DNA of 63,304 bases, filler included, from Octopus bimaculoides (GCF_001194135.2; 8 parts of 8 records of this genome joined end to end with filler, not necessarily neighbours in it), one strand, 5' to 3'; counted from the whole stretch's first letter, positions 23,552 through 37,111 are shown. Program-made: numbers and translations. The notes: generated from the sequence alone by a model not told the origin.

Positions 23552-26304
23552 TGATGCATACATACATACATACATCAGATAGATGGTCAGGCAGATGTTA
23601 CTGGATATCAAAAATAACTTCTAGTAACTATTTAATTTAAGGTAGGGACTTACCCAAGAATTGTTAAACGTGTCGAAATTTTAAGAAAATTTTTACATTT
23701 TTATATATCGATGTATTTAGTGTTAATGACATGGAATATAAAGTTTTCAAATGGGTCGTACTAAAACATTTCTATCAATTTTCTAATTCTTTGAGTAGGA
23801 TAAAAGCTAAATATATTGAACTTATTGTATATTTAAGTCACGGGAGAGATTTTAACTCCATGTGTTAAACTAATGCACAGGATATGTGGATATGTAATTT
23901 TTTGGTACTTCTCTCATTAAACGAGTTCGGAATGTTTAGTTTAATTCCTTCATACTAACTTGTTTTAATGCAGGAGGAGAAAATATTGTATTAAAATACC
24001 AGATAGCAGTTGCAAAGTCTAGTGAATGTTTTAGTTGCCATGCTATCCCGTAACTCATTAAATTTATCATTTATAACTCGGTAGGGGTGTGTCTAGAGGA
24101 GAATAATGTAAAAACATCTTAGATTGTGAAGACTTGCATACACACACATACACGCACGCACGCACGCACGCACGCACGCGAATGTATAGAGAGAGAAAAA
24201 GAGAGAAAGAGAACGACAGATTGACAGATAGACAGATAGGTAGATTCATACATACATACATACATACATACATACATGCATGCATGTATACATGTAATGA
24301 AAAGTTGAAAGAGAGAGAGAGTTGTGTGAATATAAAAAGAAAAAAATATGGTATTATATTGAAATTCATGCAAACGGCAAACGGGTGTTTTGTACAGGCT
24401 GTAGAAACGCTAATGCACTTCAACAATATTAAAACTGCCTTTGGTCATCAAAAGAGGGAGAAAGACCATTCGATTTCCACAGTGTAAAAACTCATTTTTT
24501 ATAACTTATGTATACAGATTTTCTATTGAATTTAAAGCCGGCTGTGTATGCATATTTCTGGAGTTATTGTCCCTTCTTTTGCACCACATCTGACTCATTA
24601 ATTATCCACGGATATATTGCTTACATAGCATTTGCTACTATTTAAGCAATGTATTCGTGGATAGATAATGGGTTGTCTGTGATTAATGGGTTGGATATAA
24701 TGCTGAAGAAAGAGCAATGACTTTTTTGAAGCATACATATACACCCATCACCTCTTTTTTCTGTCTGTATTCGTATACGAAACTTTGTAACTTTCAGTGC
24801 TGGGTGTAAATCCTATAGAAAACTGTTGAGATAAACTTAAAATGAAAGCAACACACTGCTAATACAAAAAGCAGGACACAGTATTAACTTATAAGCTTTT
24901 AATATACTTGGTAGTATGTTATGATTACAAAATGAAATACGATGTCCCTACCAGCAATTAAAGTGTAAACACTCTAGATAATAGCATTAGGTAGAAACAA
25001 AAGTCATTGATTTTGTTTTATCATATGCTCAGGCGTCGCTGTTTGATAAGAGGTAATGGGGCCGATTCGTTCGACTGAAAATTCTTTATGGTGGTGTCCC
25101 ATCACACCCGCGGTCAGATGACGGAAACAAGTAAAAGAAAAAATAAATTAGATTTGCACAAATATTGTTTTGCTGGAGATATATTGAAATTGAATAATTA
25201 TGCATTAAGCAGTGTTCATTTTCTGTTATATCTGTAGCAATTCGCAAATTAAATACCATAGGAAATAGTGCAAAGATATGAGTAAAAGAAAACCAGGGAT
25301 TGTGTGTAAGCATCATTACTGCTCTACATTGCTCCCTTTTACAATTTTGAAATCATTGTGAACTGGGGACTGACGAAATACACACGCACGCTCCCATATA
25401 CTCTCATACACACATACACATAAACATATATGCGTGCACACATGCAAACAATAACACGTACGTACGAATACATGAACTGATGTGTATGTAAGGAACAGCT
25501 TTTCTTTCAAACATGTTATCCTGAAGACGTTGATATGTTCGAGATTATTTCGTTCATATTTTAGTATTAGTATTTATTTTTAATTTGTGAAGTACATTAA
25601 CGCTTCATGATACTTTTGGCCATATTTAGATGAAATGTAATGACAGTGATTCGTTGTTGATGCGTTTAGTACTAGGCAGCAAAGAATTATGAGAATGACC
25701 TTGAAACCTTAAATCTTCCTTCATCGACATTGAATTGTACAACGTTTGCTCCTGATTCCTTTCTGGTCTCTTTCATGCGTGCTGTGTCTCTCTACATTGA
25801 TAAGTTATTGATTTTAGTCGATTAACTTTGTGTATTAAAAGAGACAAAAAGCTGCCTCATACAGCATCTGAAAGAATGTTAAGCTCTACAATAATGGAAA
25901 TAGTTCTGCAGAGAAAATATTCATTCTTAAAATCCAGTATAGCCATGATCATCCTTTGAACTTGATGTCAAAACACACTTTCAGAATCATGTAGTCTAAC
26001 TGTTTTGCGCCACCTTTACTTGACTAACTTAACAAAAATACATAAACTAATGAGTATAGTAGGACATGTACCTGTACATGGTCCTTATATTTTACTTCAC
26101 TTATTTTGCATTCTCTCATTTTCTTACATTACAGTTTCGCTGTTCTTTCTCCTTTTCTTTTATTCTCTTCCTTTCAATTTTTATATATACACTTTACTTT
26201 CATTATATCAAACTAACTTTTCTTTATATCAAACTAACATTTCTTTGTCTCTCACAAAATTCCTTGAGATATGTTGTATTAAATGCCTAAGAATTATGAC
26301 CATT

Positions 26305-26510
26305 ATGGTATAAAGCAAGCTGGCAGAAACGTTAGCACATCGTACAAAATGGTTAGCTGTATTTCTTCCGGGTCTTTACGTTCTGAATTGAAATTCAGCA
26401 GAGATCAATATTGCAATATTTCCCTTCAGGGTCGATAAAATAAAGTACTAGTCATGTAGTGGGTAAGATAAAATAGAATTATCACCCCACCCCCGAAATT
26501 GCTAACTTTG
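26305..26510 (+). mobile_element. SINE family A
   Basis: gcaagctggcagaaacgttagcac...tttcccttcagggtcgataaaataaagtactag. Confidence 0.8.
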
Positions 26511-27288
26511 AACCCTGCCACGGAATGACGGCGTCCCGGTCAGGAGATGTGTTGTGACATCAGTCATTTATACACCATACAATCCGAGTGACCAGCCTTA
26601 TGAGTACTAGGGCTCAAGAAAACACGCACTTCAGAGTTCTTTCGTCACACTTCTGTGACCTCATCAGTGGTCCTTTGTTTCCTTCTTTCTTATGTGTATC
26701 TCACCTTGCTAACTATCAGCCATTTTGTATTTTGTATTCCTATTGTATGTGTCTACGCATGCGTGTCCTTCAATGTGTCTGTGTCTTTTGTAAGTGCATG
26801 TGTGTATGGGGAGTGTCTGTATCACCTATATTCTCTGTTAATACGTGTTCATTTGTATTAGTTTTTATTTATTTATNNNNNNNNNNNNNNNNNNNNNNNN
26901 NNNNNNNNNNNNNNNNNNNNTTAATTAATTAANNNNNNNNNNNNNNNNNNNNNNNNNNNNNNNNNNNNNNNNNNNNTTTTTTTTTTTTTTTAGATATTAA
27001 AAAGAGGAAATGAAAAGCCAGACAAAACCTTAATTGTTTTTTATTTTTCTGTTTCTTTATGTATTTCTTTTATTTCCGTGATATGTGGCAACACTGCAAA
27101 GTTTTAATTCTATTCCAGGTAGCTGCTCTCTTTCATTCAATTACTTTGTTTGAACAGATGTCATCCTATGGATTAATGAGAAATCCTCTACAAGGTTACT
27201 TAACCGGCTAGAAATAACAGCAAAATTTCTTTCATTGCACTCTATTTTAAACACTGAACCAAGCATTATATAATGTTTTTCTGTACAG

Positions 27289-27497
27289 ACCTAAAAAATG
27301 TGGGGGTCTGACAACAAGGAATATCTTTGATCATAGTTTCATCATGGACTCTGACATGGAATATTTTGGCTAAAATCCAAAGAAAACTTTGATAATGCGT
27401 TCTCACAAAAGGGACATGATTTCTTAGCAATGTCATCCACTCTGCTGTACTAAATGAATGTGTGTATGTTCCTGTTCTCGACTGCATGCAAATTATG
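27289..27497 (+). other. Candidate spliced exon (209 nt; non-coding, UTR or terminal coding)
   Basis: Acceptor gtttttctgtacag and consensus donor ATG/gtaagt (27498-27503) bracket non-repetitive sequence; all three frames contain stops. Confidence 0.3.
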
Positions 27498-27559
27498 GTA
27501 AGTCTGAAACAGCAGTACACCTGTAATAACAAAGGACTCTCTTGTTGAAAATGACATGT

Positions 27560-27750
27560 ACAAATGATTTGTTTATAGTGATCAAGTGTATGTGCTGTAC
27601 ATTATCTCCCTCCCTCCATCAAATCAATGTTGCTTGAACAGGTGTAGAAGTGATTGCAAAGAAACGTGAGATGCTCAAGAACACAATGCACCAACCAGTC
27701 TCGGAACTGAAACCACAATCTCATGATTGTGAGTGCAGCACCCTAGCCTC
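27560..27750 (-). mobile_element. SINE family D, CpG-depleted
   Basis: gagatgctcaagaacacaatgcaccaaccagtctcggaactgaaaccacaatctcatgattgtgagtgcagcaccctagcc. Confidence 0.7.
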
Positions 27751-27754
27751 TAAT

Positions 27755-28865
27755 GATAATCCTTTCTAATTTTGGCCCTAGACTTTGAGGGAGGGGGAAA
27801 TCTGTTACATTTCCAGTCATGTGCTCAACTAGTACTTTGCCTTTCATCCTTTTAGGGTTGATAATATAAAGTCAACCTCAGTGGCATTTGAACTCAGAAT
27901 ATAAAGAGCCAGTAGAAATGTCACTAAGCATTTTGTCTAATGTGCTAATGATTCTATCAACTCGGTAATTGTTTCTAATTTTGAAAGGAGGCTTGTCAAT
28001 TACATTGACCCCAGTACATCACTGGTACTTTATTTTATCTTCCTCAGAGAGATGGAAGTAAAAGGTGACTGATGGTATTTGAAATCCAAGCATAAAAAGC
28101 TGGAAAAAATGCCACTAAGCATTTTACCCAAAGCACTAACAGTTACATTAGCTCATTGCCTTAATGATAATAATAATTTCTTTTATTTGCCACAAGGGCA
28201 GCAATTTCGGGGGAGGGGATGAGTTGATTACATCAACCCCAGTGTTCAACTGGTATTTATTTTATCAACCCCGAAAGGATGAAAGGTAAAGTTGAACTCA
28301 GAATGTAGCGACAGCCAAAATACTGCTAAGCATTTCGTCCACCTTGCCGCCTATAATTCTTTCAAATTTTGGAGTAACAGATAGTCAATTACATGAGCTC
28401 CAGGGCTTGGCACTTTATTTAATCAACTTCCTGAAAAGATGTAAGGCAAAGGTGAACTCAGAACAAAACCAGAAGGAATGCTGCCATATTGGTTTAAATT
28501 TTGGCACAAGGCCAGCAATTTCAGGAGAGGGGATAAGTCAATTACATCGACTCCAGTGCTCAACTTGGTCCTTATTTTATCAACTCTGTAAAGATGAAGT
28601 ATCTCTAAGCAATTTGCCCGGTGCTGTAATGATTCTGCCAGCTTGCCCCCTCCAGCTAATATTTATATTAGTTTCAAATTTTGGCACAAGGCCAGCAACT
28701 TCGAAGGAGAGGATGTAAATTACTTCAACCCCTGTACTCAACTGGTTTTTTATTTTATCGACCCTGTAAGGATGAGAAGTAAAGTCAACCTTGACAGAAT
28801 TTGAACTCAGAACATAAAGATGGGCAAAATGTCACTAAGCATTTTGCCAGCTCACCACCTTAGCT
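27755..28865 (-). mobile_element. Tandem array of several CpG-depleted SINE family A copies
   Basis: Repeated tttggcacaaggccagcaatttc...ttacatcaacccc...aaagtcaacc...tttgaactcagaa...ctaagcatttt. Confidence 0.85.
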
Positions 28866-29246
28866 AATATTAATATTGGCAACAGTTTGATGTTTCTTGA
28901 AGGAAAAAATCTGCCAGCTCATTACCTAAATAATGATTTGAAGATTACTAAAAATGTTCTAGATTATTTATGTCACAGTAATGCAGTTTTCAGTCTGAAA
29001 ACAAAATATTCCACCTAATATTAAATTAAATATTAAATATTTATATTATCAAGTTGTTAAAAACAGGACAGTTTGCCAACTGCATGCAGCACCAGTCCAT
29101 CACAGGATCACTTATTTTTGCCAGCTGTGTGAACTAAAGCAACATAAGATGAAGTGTTTTGCTCAAGAATGCAACACATTGCCCAGTTCAAGAATCAGAA
29201 CCACTATCTTACAACTATGAGTGCAACATGTGTGTTTGTGTATATA

Positions 29247-30309
29247 TGTAAGAACAACCATGCGAACCCAAAAGGAGAAATGGTGATGAATGGAAAAACA
29301 GGCTCCTTTTATTAAATGCGTCACACGGTCGAACACAAAAATATAAAATGATAAATATGTTCTACTTCGATAACATAGAGAACTTAGAAATACCAGTAAG
29401 ATACAAGATAGGGCACAACGGATAGAGATGAATTACAGTAAGATTTATTGTAGCATTAAAGTGTGTCTGTGTGTGAGTGAATGCGACATAATGAAACACA
29501 ATAAAAGACAGGCTGTCATGTAAAGAAAAGAGTGTGTGTGAGTAATACATGTATGTGTATGCGAGAGATACATAGTATAGAATAGAGTCAGTAACACGTA
29601 TAAGAATTTAAGATACCAGTTCTTAGAGTACACAGTGGTAAGTGTCTGTATATAAGAAGTTAAGGCGTGTGGGGCAGAGCGATCACTAGTTGTGATGTTA
29701 GGGCTTCTATGCCGGGCCAAATTCTTGAATACAGATGTTCTTCGCAGGCTAGGCTCTTGGCTGTTATTTCGTGGTGAAGAAATCACACAAACAGGATTAA
29801 AAGTGCTGCAGTTAGCTGTTGGTAGCTTGTGTACGAGTAGAGACATGTTGACGCTGGCGGCAATGCTCGTAGTCGTAGTTGGTGACATTGGGGGAAATGC
29901 TTGTAGTCGTAGTGTGGTGTTGCTGCTGGCGACGTCGGTGCTTGTAGTTCGTAGTTGATGGTGTCGATGTCGTCGCTGGAAACTGGCTGGCTGTGTTACG
30001 CGTGTGTGGTCGGCGGCCAGATCTAGGATCTGAGGCGCGACGAATTTGCCGGGTGTCTAGCAGTCTATTTATAGCTGAAGGTAGGCTCCAGAGAATCATA
30101 AGAAAAACACTATCACGTGACCTTATTAGGGGCTGTGATTGGTCAGTTTGCGTCCTGGTGGGAATGGAGGAGATAATTTACCCGCGCAAAGAATAGTCAG
30201 TCATGTGATGGATACAGCAGGCTGCTCTCTGCTACGCCCGCGCTTGTTTATATTTATAACAGCGGGGAAGATTGCTTGTTTGTATATAATGGCGATAGAG
30301 GTAGTTTCA
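29247..30309 (-). mobile_element. Solo LTR (copy 1)
   Basis: Starts TGTAAG; homologous along its length to 33512-34508; minus-strand TATAAATA (30066-30073) and CCAAT (30138-30142); right boundary approximate. Confidence 0.65.
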
Positions 30310-31089
30310 CTATATATATATATATATATATAATATGAGAGAAAGAAAATGGAATTCCCAAATCCCTTTATTACTCACTACTATCATTTTGACCCATTGT
30401 GCCTTGGACAAAATGATTGTAGTGAATTCCATTTTCTTTCTCATTTTATAAATTCTACGGACATGAAGAAATTTCTGAAGTAAATCCAGTGGCATATACA
30501 TCCATACTGTTGATGACATCAGATAGCCGAAAACTGTGAACAGGCTTGAAACAGCATACTATGAGGTGTATACCTGATTTAAAAAGATTTTATATATAGA
30601 CAAATCAAAAATAAAAACAAGCGCAAAAAAAGTGTAAAGGGAATACATGCTAAATGTATTAGGCTGACACTCAGTTTAAGATGAAAATAAAGAGAGGGTA
30701 TATAAAGTTTCAAGCATAGCTCTTAATCAGAAAGTGGAAAGGTCTGGAGAGAAAGAAAAAAAATCTAAGAAAAGCATGTGTGTGGTTACATAGGTGAAGA
30801 GTGTGTATGTGTCTATATATATATATGTGTGTGTGTGTAAACAAATATTTGTTTTATTAGGAGCATCAAAAACGTGTATTATACAATACAAGAAAATGAT
30901 ATTTTTCGAATTCAGAGTTGCTGTTGGAACAGCAGGAATACTGGGTAGATTACCATTACTAGACAGAAAAATTTGTCAACAACTAGGCATGGGATTTAAA
31001 CTCATATTCCTCAAAGATTCTGGCTGAGTGCTTTACCATTAAGCTAAACTGCCTGCTGACAAATTCATCACCAGAGTCTTAGAGGGATA

Positions 31090-31372
31090 TGTGTTCAAGT
31101 TCCATGGCTGATTGTTGATAAATTTTACAGTGTTGTATGGGTAATTTACCCCAGCTGTAAAAACCATGCCAAAACTGACCTTGCCTGTGCTTGTGCCACT
31201 TAAAAAGCACTTAGTTCACTCTGCTGGGTGGTCAGTGTTAGGAAGGGCATCCAGCCATAAAAACTCTGCCAAAACAGACACAAGTCTGGTACAGGATCCT
31301 GCCTGGCCAGCTTCTGTCAAACTGTCCAACCCATGCCAGCATGGAAGGCGGATGTTTAATGATGATGATGAG
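31090..31372 (+). mobile_element. SINE family E with RTE-like 3' end and (GAT)n tail
   Basis: ggaagggcatccagccataaaaactctgcc...tccaacccatgccagcatggaaggcggatgtttaatgatgatgatg; the RTE assignment is inferred from tail type. Confidence 0.7.
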
Positions 31373-33511
31373 ACATATATACATACACATATCATCATCC
31401 TCATTTTACATTTGCTTTCTATGCTGGCATAGGTTGGACTGGTTGTCAGAGTTACTACTACATAGGCATCTTTGAGAAATCAAGTTTCACTCATAAATTT
31501 TATTTTGATTTGGCTTCTATGGCTGCATACTTTTTCTAACACCAAACACTTCAAAGAATGTATGTAGTGGGTGTATTTTGTTGTGTCATCAGCACATGAC
31601 CTCAATATGACAAAACCAAACAGTCCTCTCAACCCTAAAGTATCTCTGCTCATTCTCTAACTATTTTATAGGATGTACTGAGTGTATTTTATCTAGTACC
31701 AGCACTTGTGAGGTTGCCTTGTACCATGTAAAACAAAAGGGATCCTCATCCTTCTATGCTATGAGAGCATTGTGAATGGACTAAAGAGTGCTCGATATAG
31801 CAGAATATGAATTAGGATGAGAGGGAGAAGACAGAATATGATGGGTGAAAACAGTGATTGTGGAAGAGAGTACATGAGAGAGAAGTCATGGTATAGGGTA
31901 ACGGAAGAGAGGTAGTAATGGTAGTTACATGTTAGGAGAAAGAGATGGATAATGATAGAAATGTTAACAAAAGTTTGATGGATGTCAGTAATGAGTGACC
32001 TGGGAAAGAGAGAGAGAGTAGTGGCTAGCAGTGTAGAAGAGGTGAGATAATGTTTGGTAAGGGGGGAGGACATGAATGATGTCGATAAACAAGATGGCAA
32101 AGGTAAGAGGACAATGGTTGTCAAGGGATGAGAGAATAATGGCAGATTGAATCTTCTTTATGGACAAGATATCTACCTCTGGTGGCCTAATGCTTTGTGC
32201 TTGGTCATTCAGTCATAAAGACATATGTTCCGTAATCTTGTCATTAATATAAATAGAAGTAGCTAAGATAGTCCTGTGTAAGTAGGGAACTAGACACAAC
32301 TAACTTCCTTAAAAGCCAAGAATATCTCTACTTGATCATTCAACCTACTAGAAATAGACTCCAAATCACAGGGCTACGGTCGTTAAGAAAAGAAGTACAC
32401 AATGTTTAATATAGACTTATAGACATTCTGTCTTTAAATGTGAGACTTGATGGTTATGGTTGGAACACCTTTGATTTAAAATGGTATGAGGCTAAATATG
32501 AACAGGCGACTGGCTGCAGAGGAGCATATATGGAATAATGAAATCTGTAAGAAACAGCAGCTAATCTCTAAAATCAATTGTATCGAAGAGGTTGCTAGTC
32601 GACGACTATTCACATTACTGCTCGGCACAGGGTGTTTTGCCTGCTGCGTTTCCGCCCTGGGTTGAATCTCCAGCACCATATTGATGCAGAGCTTACCACA
32701 GACACCAGGTCGCCACAGAAGACCAACAACTAAATAAGATTCCCATCCTCAAACCAGACAATCAACCAAACTTCGAAGTAACTGGATTACAGTAGTGTGC
32801 TAAAGCAACTTATCCTAATGAAGTAGCCTAGATATTTCTAAAATGACGGAATAGTCATGGCCTGAATGCCGTTTCCACAGGCAGGCAAACCTTACCGAAT
32901 CAACAAAATCAGATTAACAGCGAATTATTTTTCTTTCAAGGGAGATAATACCTTTAGTTAAAGGGAGGTAATTTTGTACTTCCTCTTGCACGAAAACAAT
33001 AATTTAACACTTGACATTTTCCTTTTCCTATTTTGGTACTACTCGTTTATTCGTTTCTGCTTTGCGGTTGTGGTCATGCTGGTCGGCCGGCAATTTTTGA
33101 GGGAGAAATTCAGTTGATTACATCGACCTCAGAACTTGCCTGAACTTATTTTATTGACTCCCAAAGAATGAAAAGCAAAGTTGAACTCGCTGGTAATTGA
33201 AGTTTTCGGTTAGTTAACTGAAGCTCGTTAACGTAGCTTTTATTGTTCAAGAGGTTAGACATTAAATGTAAAAGATGGACGGTGAGCCGAATATTTCAAG
33301 AAACAGTGAAAATCAATAAACAAAACTGATTGATTTTTATGTCAAATACAATGGTATAGTGTGGGGGGTGTATCCTTGTCTTGGCATCACTCAATAGTTG
33401 TAAACATATACAAGCAGTGTCGTTGAATTCTAATCCGTGAAAACATGCTCGACCGTGGGGAAACATTATCTTGATTGGAAACGAGTGAGTGTTGGCGACA
33501 GGGATAGCGTC

Positions 33512-34508
33512 TGTAAGGACCGTTCGATCAGGAGATGGTGATGAGGAATGGTTCCTTTAGCGCATCGCACGGTTGATACAAATAAAAAAACTCGAAAAGA
33601 AAGTTAAATGTGTATAAGTGCCAAGAAGGGAAGAGAGGCTCAACTGGTAGAAGGTTTAGGAGAAGGTCTTATTGATATATCAACATGTATGTCTGTGTGT
33701 GTGAGTGCGACATAATAAACACAATAATAGACAGGTCGTCATGCAAACAAAGTGTATGTGTATACAAACATGGATGTGTGTGCGAGAAATACAGAGCTTA
33801 GAAAAGAGTCTATAAGGACGTTAGAAGAAAGTTCAGACACAAGGATGGAAAATACCAGTTCATAGTCAAGGTACACAGTGGTTGAGGTGCTGTAACAAGA
33901 AGTTGTGGCGGCAAGACAGAGCCAAGAAGAGATACTGTCTCACGGGAAGTTGACGCTTCAATGCTGCGGCCGGTTACTTGGTACAGGAGGTCTCGCAGGT
34001 TGTACTCGTTGTTAACCAGGGTGAAGTCATTCACAAACAGTGCTGAGAGAACCTGTGCGGGCGCTGTTGGTGGTGTGTACGTAGAGATGCTAAGAAGCTG
34101 GCAGTGGTGACGAAGAAGTTGCAGCAAGATGTTGAACGAAGTGTTGACAAGTCTCCATGTGCTGTATCGTGTCGTCGTTGGAACTGGCTGTGTGCTCTGT
34201 GGTCAGTGGCTAGACCTCAGAAGGTTTAGTGCCAGACTGACAAGTGTGACAGTGAAAAGTTAGCTATTTATAATATACTATCAGCTCAAACAGGGGTTCA
34301 GAAAGACTGTCTCACGCGACCTTATCTGAAGGCTGCGATTGGTTGGGTTGCACCCTGGTGTGAGATAGAATAAGAGACAAAATGCGCCATTACCAACCAA
34401 TCAGAATAGTGGACACAACAGGGTCCAAAAGTGCAGCCGAAAGCTAGCTGTTATCCGCTACGTCCGCACTCATGTATATATAACAGACAGAGAGAGAAGT
34501 ACGCTACA
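33512..34508 (-). mobile_element. Solo LTR (copy 2), TG...CA termini, probable 4-bp TSD (Gypsy-like)
   Basis: TGTAAG...GCTACA flanked by cgtc (33508-33511) and catc (34509-34512), splitting a family E repeat; TATA at 34265-34272 and CCAAT at 34338-34342 spaced as in copy 1. Confidence 0.75.
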
Positions 34509-35549
34509 CATCCGACTGTAGAAAAATTTGCCTTAAAGAACGAATTTTGTTTGACCCATGGAGGCATATTAAAATGCACATTAAATGATGACGGTGTTGA
34601 GACTAGATGGTTCTTTGGGCAAAGAAAAAGCTTGAAAAAAAGTCTATTTCATACTACTGCACATGCTTTTAAAGCTAATTCGTCTGGTTTCTGTTTTCAA
34701 TTGAACGAAACAGCTAAACTTCTAAAGACATGCAAAAATGTCACAACTTTCTATTTACCTAGTCTTTAAGAATGGATATTCTTCTGTTATTAGAATCTGT
34801 TGTCTTGTGTTTGTTTTAGTCCTTGGACTGCGGCCACGCTGAAAGGTTTTATTTGAACGAATAGACTTCGTACTCTTTTTAAGCCACGTACTTATTCTCT
34901 CAATCTGTTATGCCGAACCACTTAGTTATGGAGATATAAACAAACCAATACCAGTTGTCGAGCAGTGTCGACATACGTACATAAGTACATATGTACATTA
35001 CGTCTTGTAGGTTGTGGTTTGGTCAGTGGTGATGACTGGTTGGTTCATGAATGAATGTTTCTTGAGCTGTGTAGAAGTAACTGAACAATACTTGTGAACA
35101 TTAAACAGATGGTTGTATTATCTCACATAAAGACAAACTGCGTTGGTCTTTTACAAATAACAACAGCAATAATTATATACAGGGAGAGAGATACTACTTG
35201 GAGTTTACGACATGCGACTCGCCCAGCAAATCTGGAAACAACTGTGCTACATTTGTGACGACGGAGTTTCTTGTCATCTATCTGTGCCATCTATCTCAGC
35301 CGCCTTCCTGGTCGTCTGGCAGATAAAAATGCGTGCCGAACATTTATCATAGGGGACCGGGTGTCAAATTCTAGAATGTTCAAGAAAACCTGTTCGCGCC
35401 ATCACTTCACATTGTTTAGTTGATTAATGCACCAATCGTGTGAAACTATGGTGCTTTGCTCATGATGTCTGACCGCATATACAGGGATTCGTTTCCAAAT
35501 TCCTGCTACAGGTACATACATAAAGATACTACCTGCGTCTGAGACATGA

Positions 35550-35779
35550 TATCATCATCATCATCATCATCATCATCGTTTAACGTCCGCTTTCCATGCT
35601 AGCATGGGTTGGACGATTTGACTGAGGACTGGTGAAACCGGATGGCAACACCAGGCTCCAATCTAATTTGGCAGAGTTTCTACAGCTGGATGCCCTTCCT
35701 AACGCCAACCACTCAGAGAGTGTAGTGGGTGCTTTTACGTGTCACCCGCACGAAAACGGCCACGCTCGAAATGGTGTCT
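35550..35779 (-). mobile_element. SINE family E (RTE-like tail)
   Basis: (atc)n-gtttaacgtccgctttccatgctagcatgggttggacg...ctacagctggatgcccttcctaacgccaacc. Confidence 0.8.
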
Positions 35780-36093
35780 NNNNNNNNNNNNNNNNNNNNN
35801 NNNNNNNNNNNNNNNNNNNNNNNTTAATTAATTAANNNNNNNNNNNNNNNNNNNNNNNNNNNNNNNNNNNNNNNNNNNNCAAATATATATAACATACATA
35901 AAATTGCACTACTGGGCACTGCACACATCCTACGCAAAACACTTTCAATACAGTAACCATAAGAGCATCACAGCAAACCACAGCACATACCCAAGGCACA
36001 CGGAGCTGCGCTCGGTAGTGAAGTGAAAGCACGTTATAAAAATAAAACTACTGAACACTAATAATAATAATGATGATGATGATGATGATATGA

Positions 36094-36479
36094 TACTAGC
36101 TGTTGGACCTGGTGTTGTTCGTGTTTTCCGAGTGGAAGTTAAGCCCACCTCTGACCTTGTATTAAATAAGCATTTCCTTAGAGACTATTCTATCGATTTT
36201 GTTGAAATTTTACACGTGAAAAAATGCAAAACTGCAGGAAAAATAACATCGCTATGGGAATTTCCATTCAAACGCTCGATTGAGCTCACAAAAATTGAAC
36301 CCAACTGACTAATATTGAGTTTTCGAAAAATTCCGGGCTTATTTGAACTTCAGGGAATGTGATCTACCTATGTACCAAAATCATTAAAATCGGTTGGACG
36401 GTGTGGGATGAGTTAGAATAATCACAAACACACAGACAGACAGACAGACAGACACTATTACACATTTATATATAGAGAT
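36094..36479 (+). mobile_element. Non-autonomous Helentron/HINE-like (DINE-1/Lep1-type) element
   Basis: Begins tactagc; 3' end has aaaatcggttggacggt, an (ACAG)n tract and a tttatatatagagat terminus, the typical layout of this class. Confidence 0.55.
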
Positions 36480-36489
36480 TAGAAGAATT

Positions 36490-37110
36490 GAAACATGAGT
36501 AGTAACAGTCAAGAAAGAACTGAATAGATATGACAATAAAACAAAACAATTCAGGCAAAACAGATTGTTTGAAGCAAATGAAAAGAAACTGAAATGGGTA
36601 ATTACACGCAAAAATGAAACCAGATGCATAGGAAAGCATCTAGAGAGGGATGAGACAAACCTGTAGAGCACAATGATGAAGAGGAGTGGCTGCATGAAAT
36701 CCATGATAGGTTGAGAAACAGAGAAGGACAACAAGACATAAAAATAACTACAGAAATGAAAAAAAAAGAAGCAGTTAAGAAATTCCCAAATTGAAGCAGT
36801 CCAGAATCGGATGGGGTCCAAGATGAAGAAGCTGAAAGGGCTCCATGAAAAGATAGCGAAACCGTGAGATGAGTGCTTGTAGGAAGGCGCAGTACCCAGC
36901 TAGATGAGAAAGGGAAAGACATTGCTATGTGCCAAGGATCCTGAAAAAGGAAATGTTACATCCAACTTTCGACCAATAACGTGTCTCCTACAAATGTGGA
37001 AACTAATGTCAGGTTCGTTGGTCAGTGAACTATATATATACTTAGAAAAAGTGGGCCGTTACCTTGAATAGAAAGGGTGCTGATAATGGCGCCGGAGAAC
37101 GCAATAACAG
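36490..37110 (+). pseudogene. R4/Dong-clade non-LTR retrotransposon reverse transcriptase fragment, decayed
   Basis: Translated blocks RYDNKTKQFRQNRLFE, SPESDGVQ and KGKTLLCAKDPEKGNVTSNFRPITCLLQMWKLMSG. Confidence 0.85.
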
Positions 37111-37111
37111 C

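Noticed and set aside
25519-25550. CTGAAGA...GAGA motif
   Set aside because: GAAA not intact and stems unconvincing.
29445-29888. 147-aa Thr/Ser-rich ORF (and 33810-34127)
   Set aside because: Lies within solo LTRs; low complexity, and the two LTR copies do not give matching peptides.
31759-32124. 121-aa minus ORF in a purine-rich tract
   Set aside because: Strand-biased low-complexity sequence, probably an old TE remnant; no motif recognised.
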